Shown here: positions 63,560-64,000 of the stretch, in pieces
Numbering within the stretch: the first letter of the stretch is position 1
How the letters are laid out: each line of letters starts with the position of its first letter
DNA from: Octopus vulgaris
Lineage: Eukaryota
NCBI GenBank assembly: GCA_951406725.2
Contig: OX597839.1
Coordinates: forward strand, 31,186,001 to 31,250,000
Direction: 5' to 3'
DNA length: 64,000 nucleotides
Translations under genes and position numbers: made by a program
Notes under the pieces: model-generated
What the model saw: only the letters and a program-made list of their open reading frames with translations
Told to the model about the DNA's origin: nothing
Database searches by the model: none

Positions 63560-63970
63560 GGAGGGAACTAGTTGGTTACATCCACCCCAGTGTATGACTG
63601 GTACTTAATTTATCCCCCCACTTCCCTGCAAAGGATGAAAGGCAAAGTATTTCACTGGTACTTAATTTATCGACCCCCGAAAGGATGAAAGGCAAAGTTG
63701 ACCTCGGCGGAATTTGAACTCAGAATGTAGCGGCAGATGAAATACCTATTTCTTTACTACCCACAAGGAGCCAAACACAGAGAGGACAAACAAGGACAGA
63801 AAGATGGATTAAGTCGATTATATCAACCCCAGTGCGTAACTGGTACTTATTTAATCGACCCGAAAGGATGAAAGGCAAAGTCGACCTCGACGGAATTTGA
63901 ACTCAGAACATAGCAGCAGACGAAGTACCACTAAGCATTTCGCCCGGCGTGCTAACGTGCTTGCCAGTTT
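63560..63970 (-). mobile_element. Tandem/nested family B SINE copies (two near complete plus one partial)
   Basis: ACTGGTACTTA..TATC/AATCGACCC..AAAGGATGAAAGGCAAAGT recurs three times (~63597, 63654, 63839). Confidence 0.85.
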
Positions 63971-64000
63971 GCCTTTTTGGGGTGGGTGGGATGGGGTGAA

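Overview
AT-rich, repeat-dense animal DNA, most likely an octopod cephalopod (Octopus sp.). This is inferred from the recurrent tRNA-headed SINE families and the heavy (TA)n/(CA)n/(TATC)n microsatellite load. One protein-coding exon is confidently recognisable: the first coding exon of a TMEM26-family membrane protein (+, 52746-52936, TG|GTAAGT donor), followed by an intron that runs past the window end. The rest is mostly transposon-derived: dozens of SINE copies from about four modular families, two decayed RTE-clade LINE fragments, two internally deleted DD37D (maT-type Tc1/mariner) elements bracketing the TMEM26 exon, hAT and mariner MITEs, Helitron/Helentron-type elements, and Penelope-like fragments carrying hammerhead-ribozyme core motifs. 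The most striking unannotated structure is a set of about ten apparently unrelated foldback (long inverted-repeat) elements, plus several hammerhead-like or pseudoknot RNA candidates. Nearly all ORFs in the supplied track are microsatellite or SINE artefacts. No CRISPR, rRNA or genuine tRNA gene was found. I cannot claim a new biological system from sequence alone; the ribozyme-like and hairpin elements are the best leads. Most repeat boundaries are approximate (read by eye).
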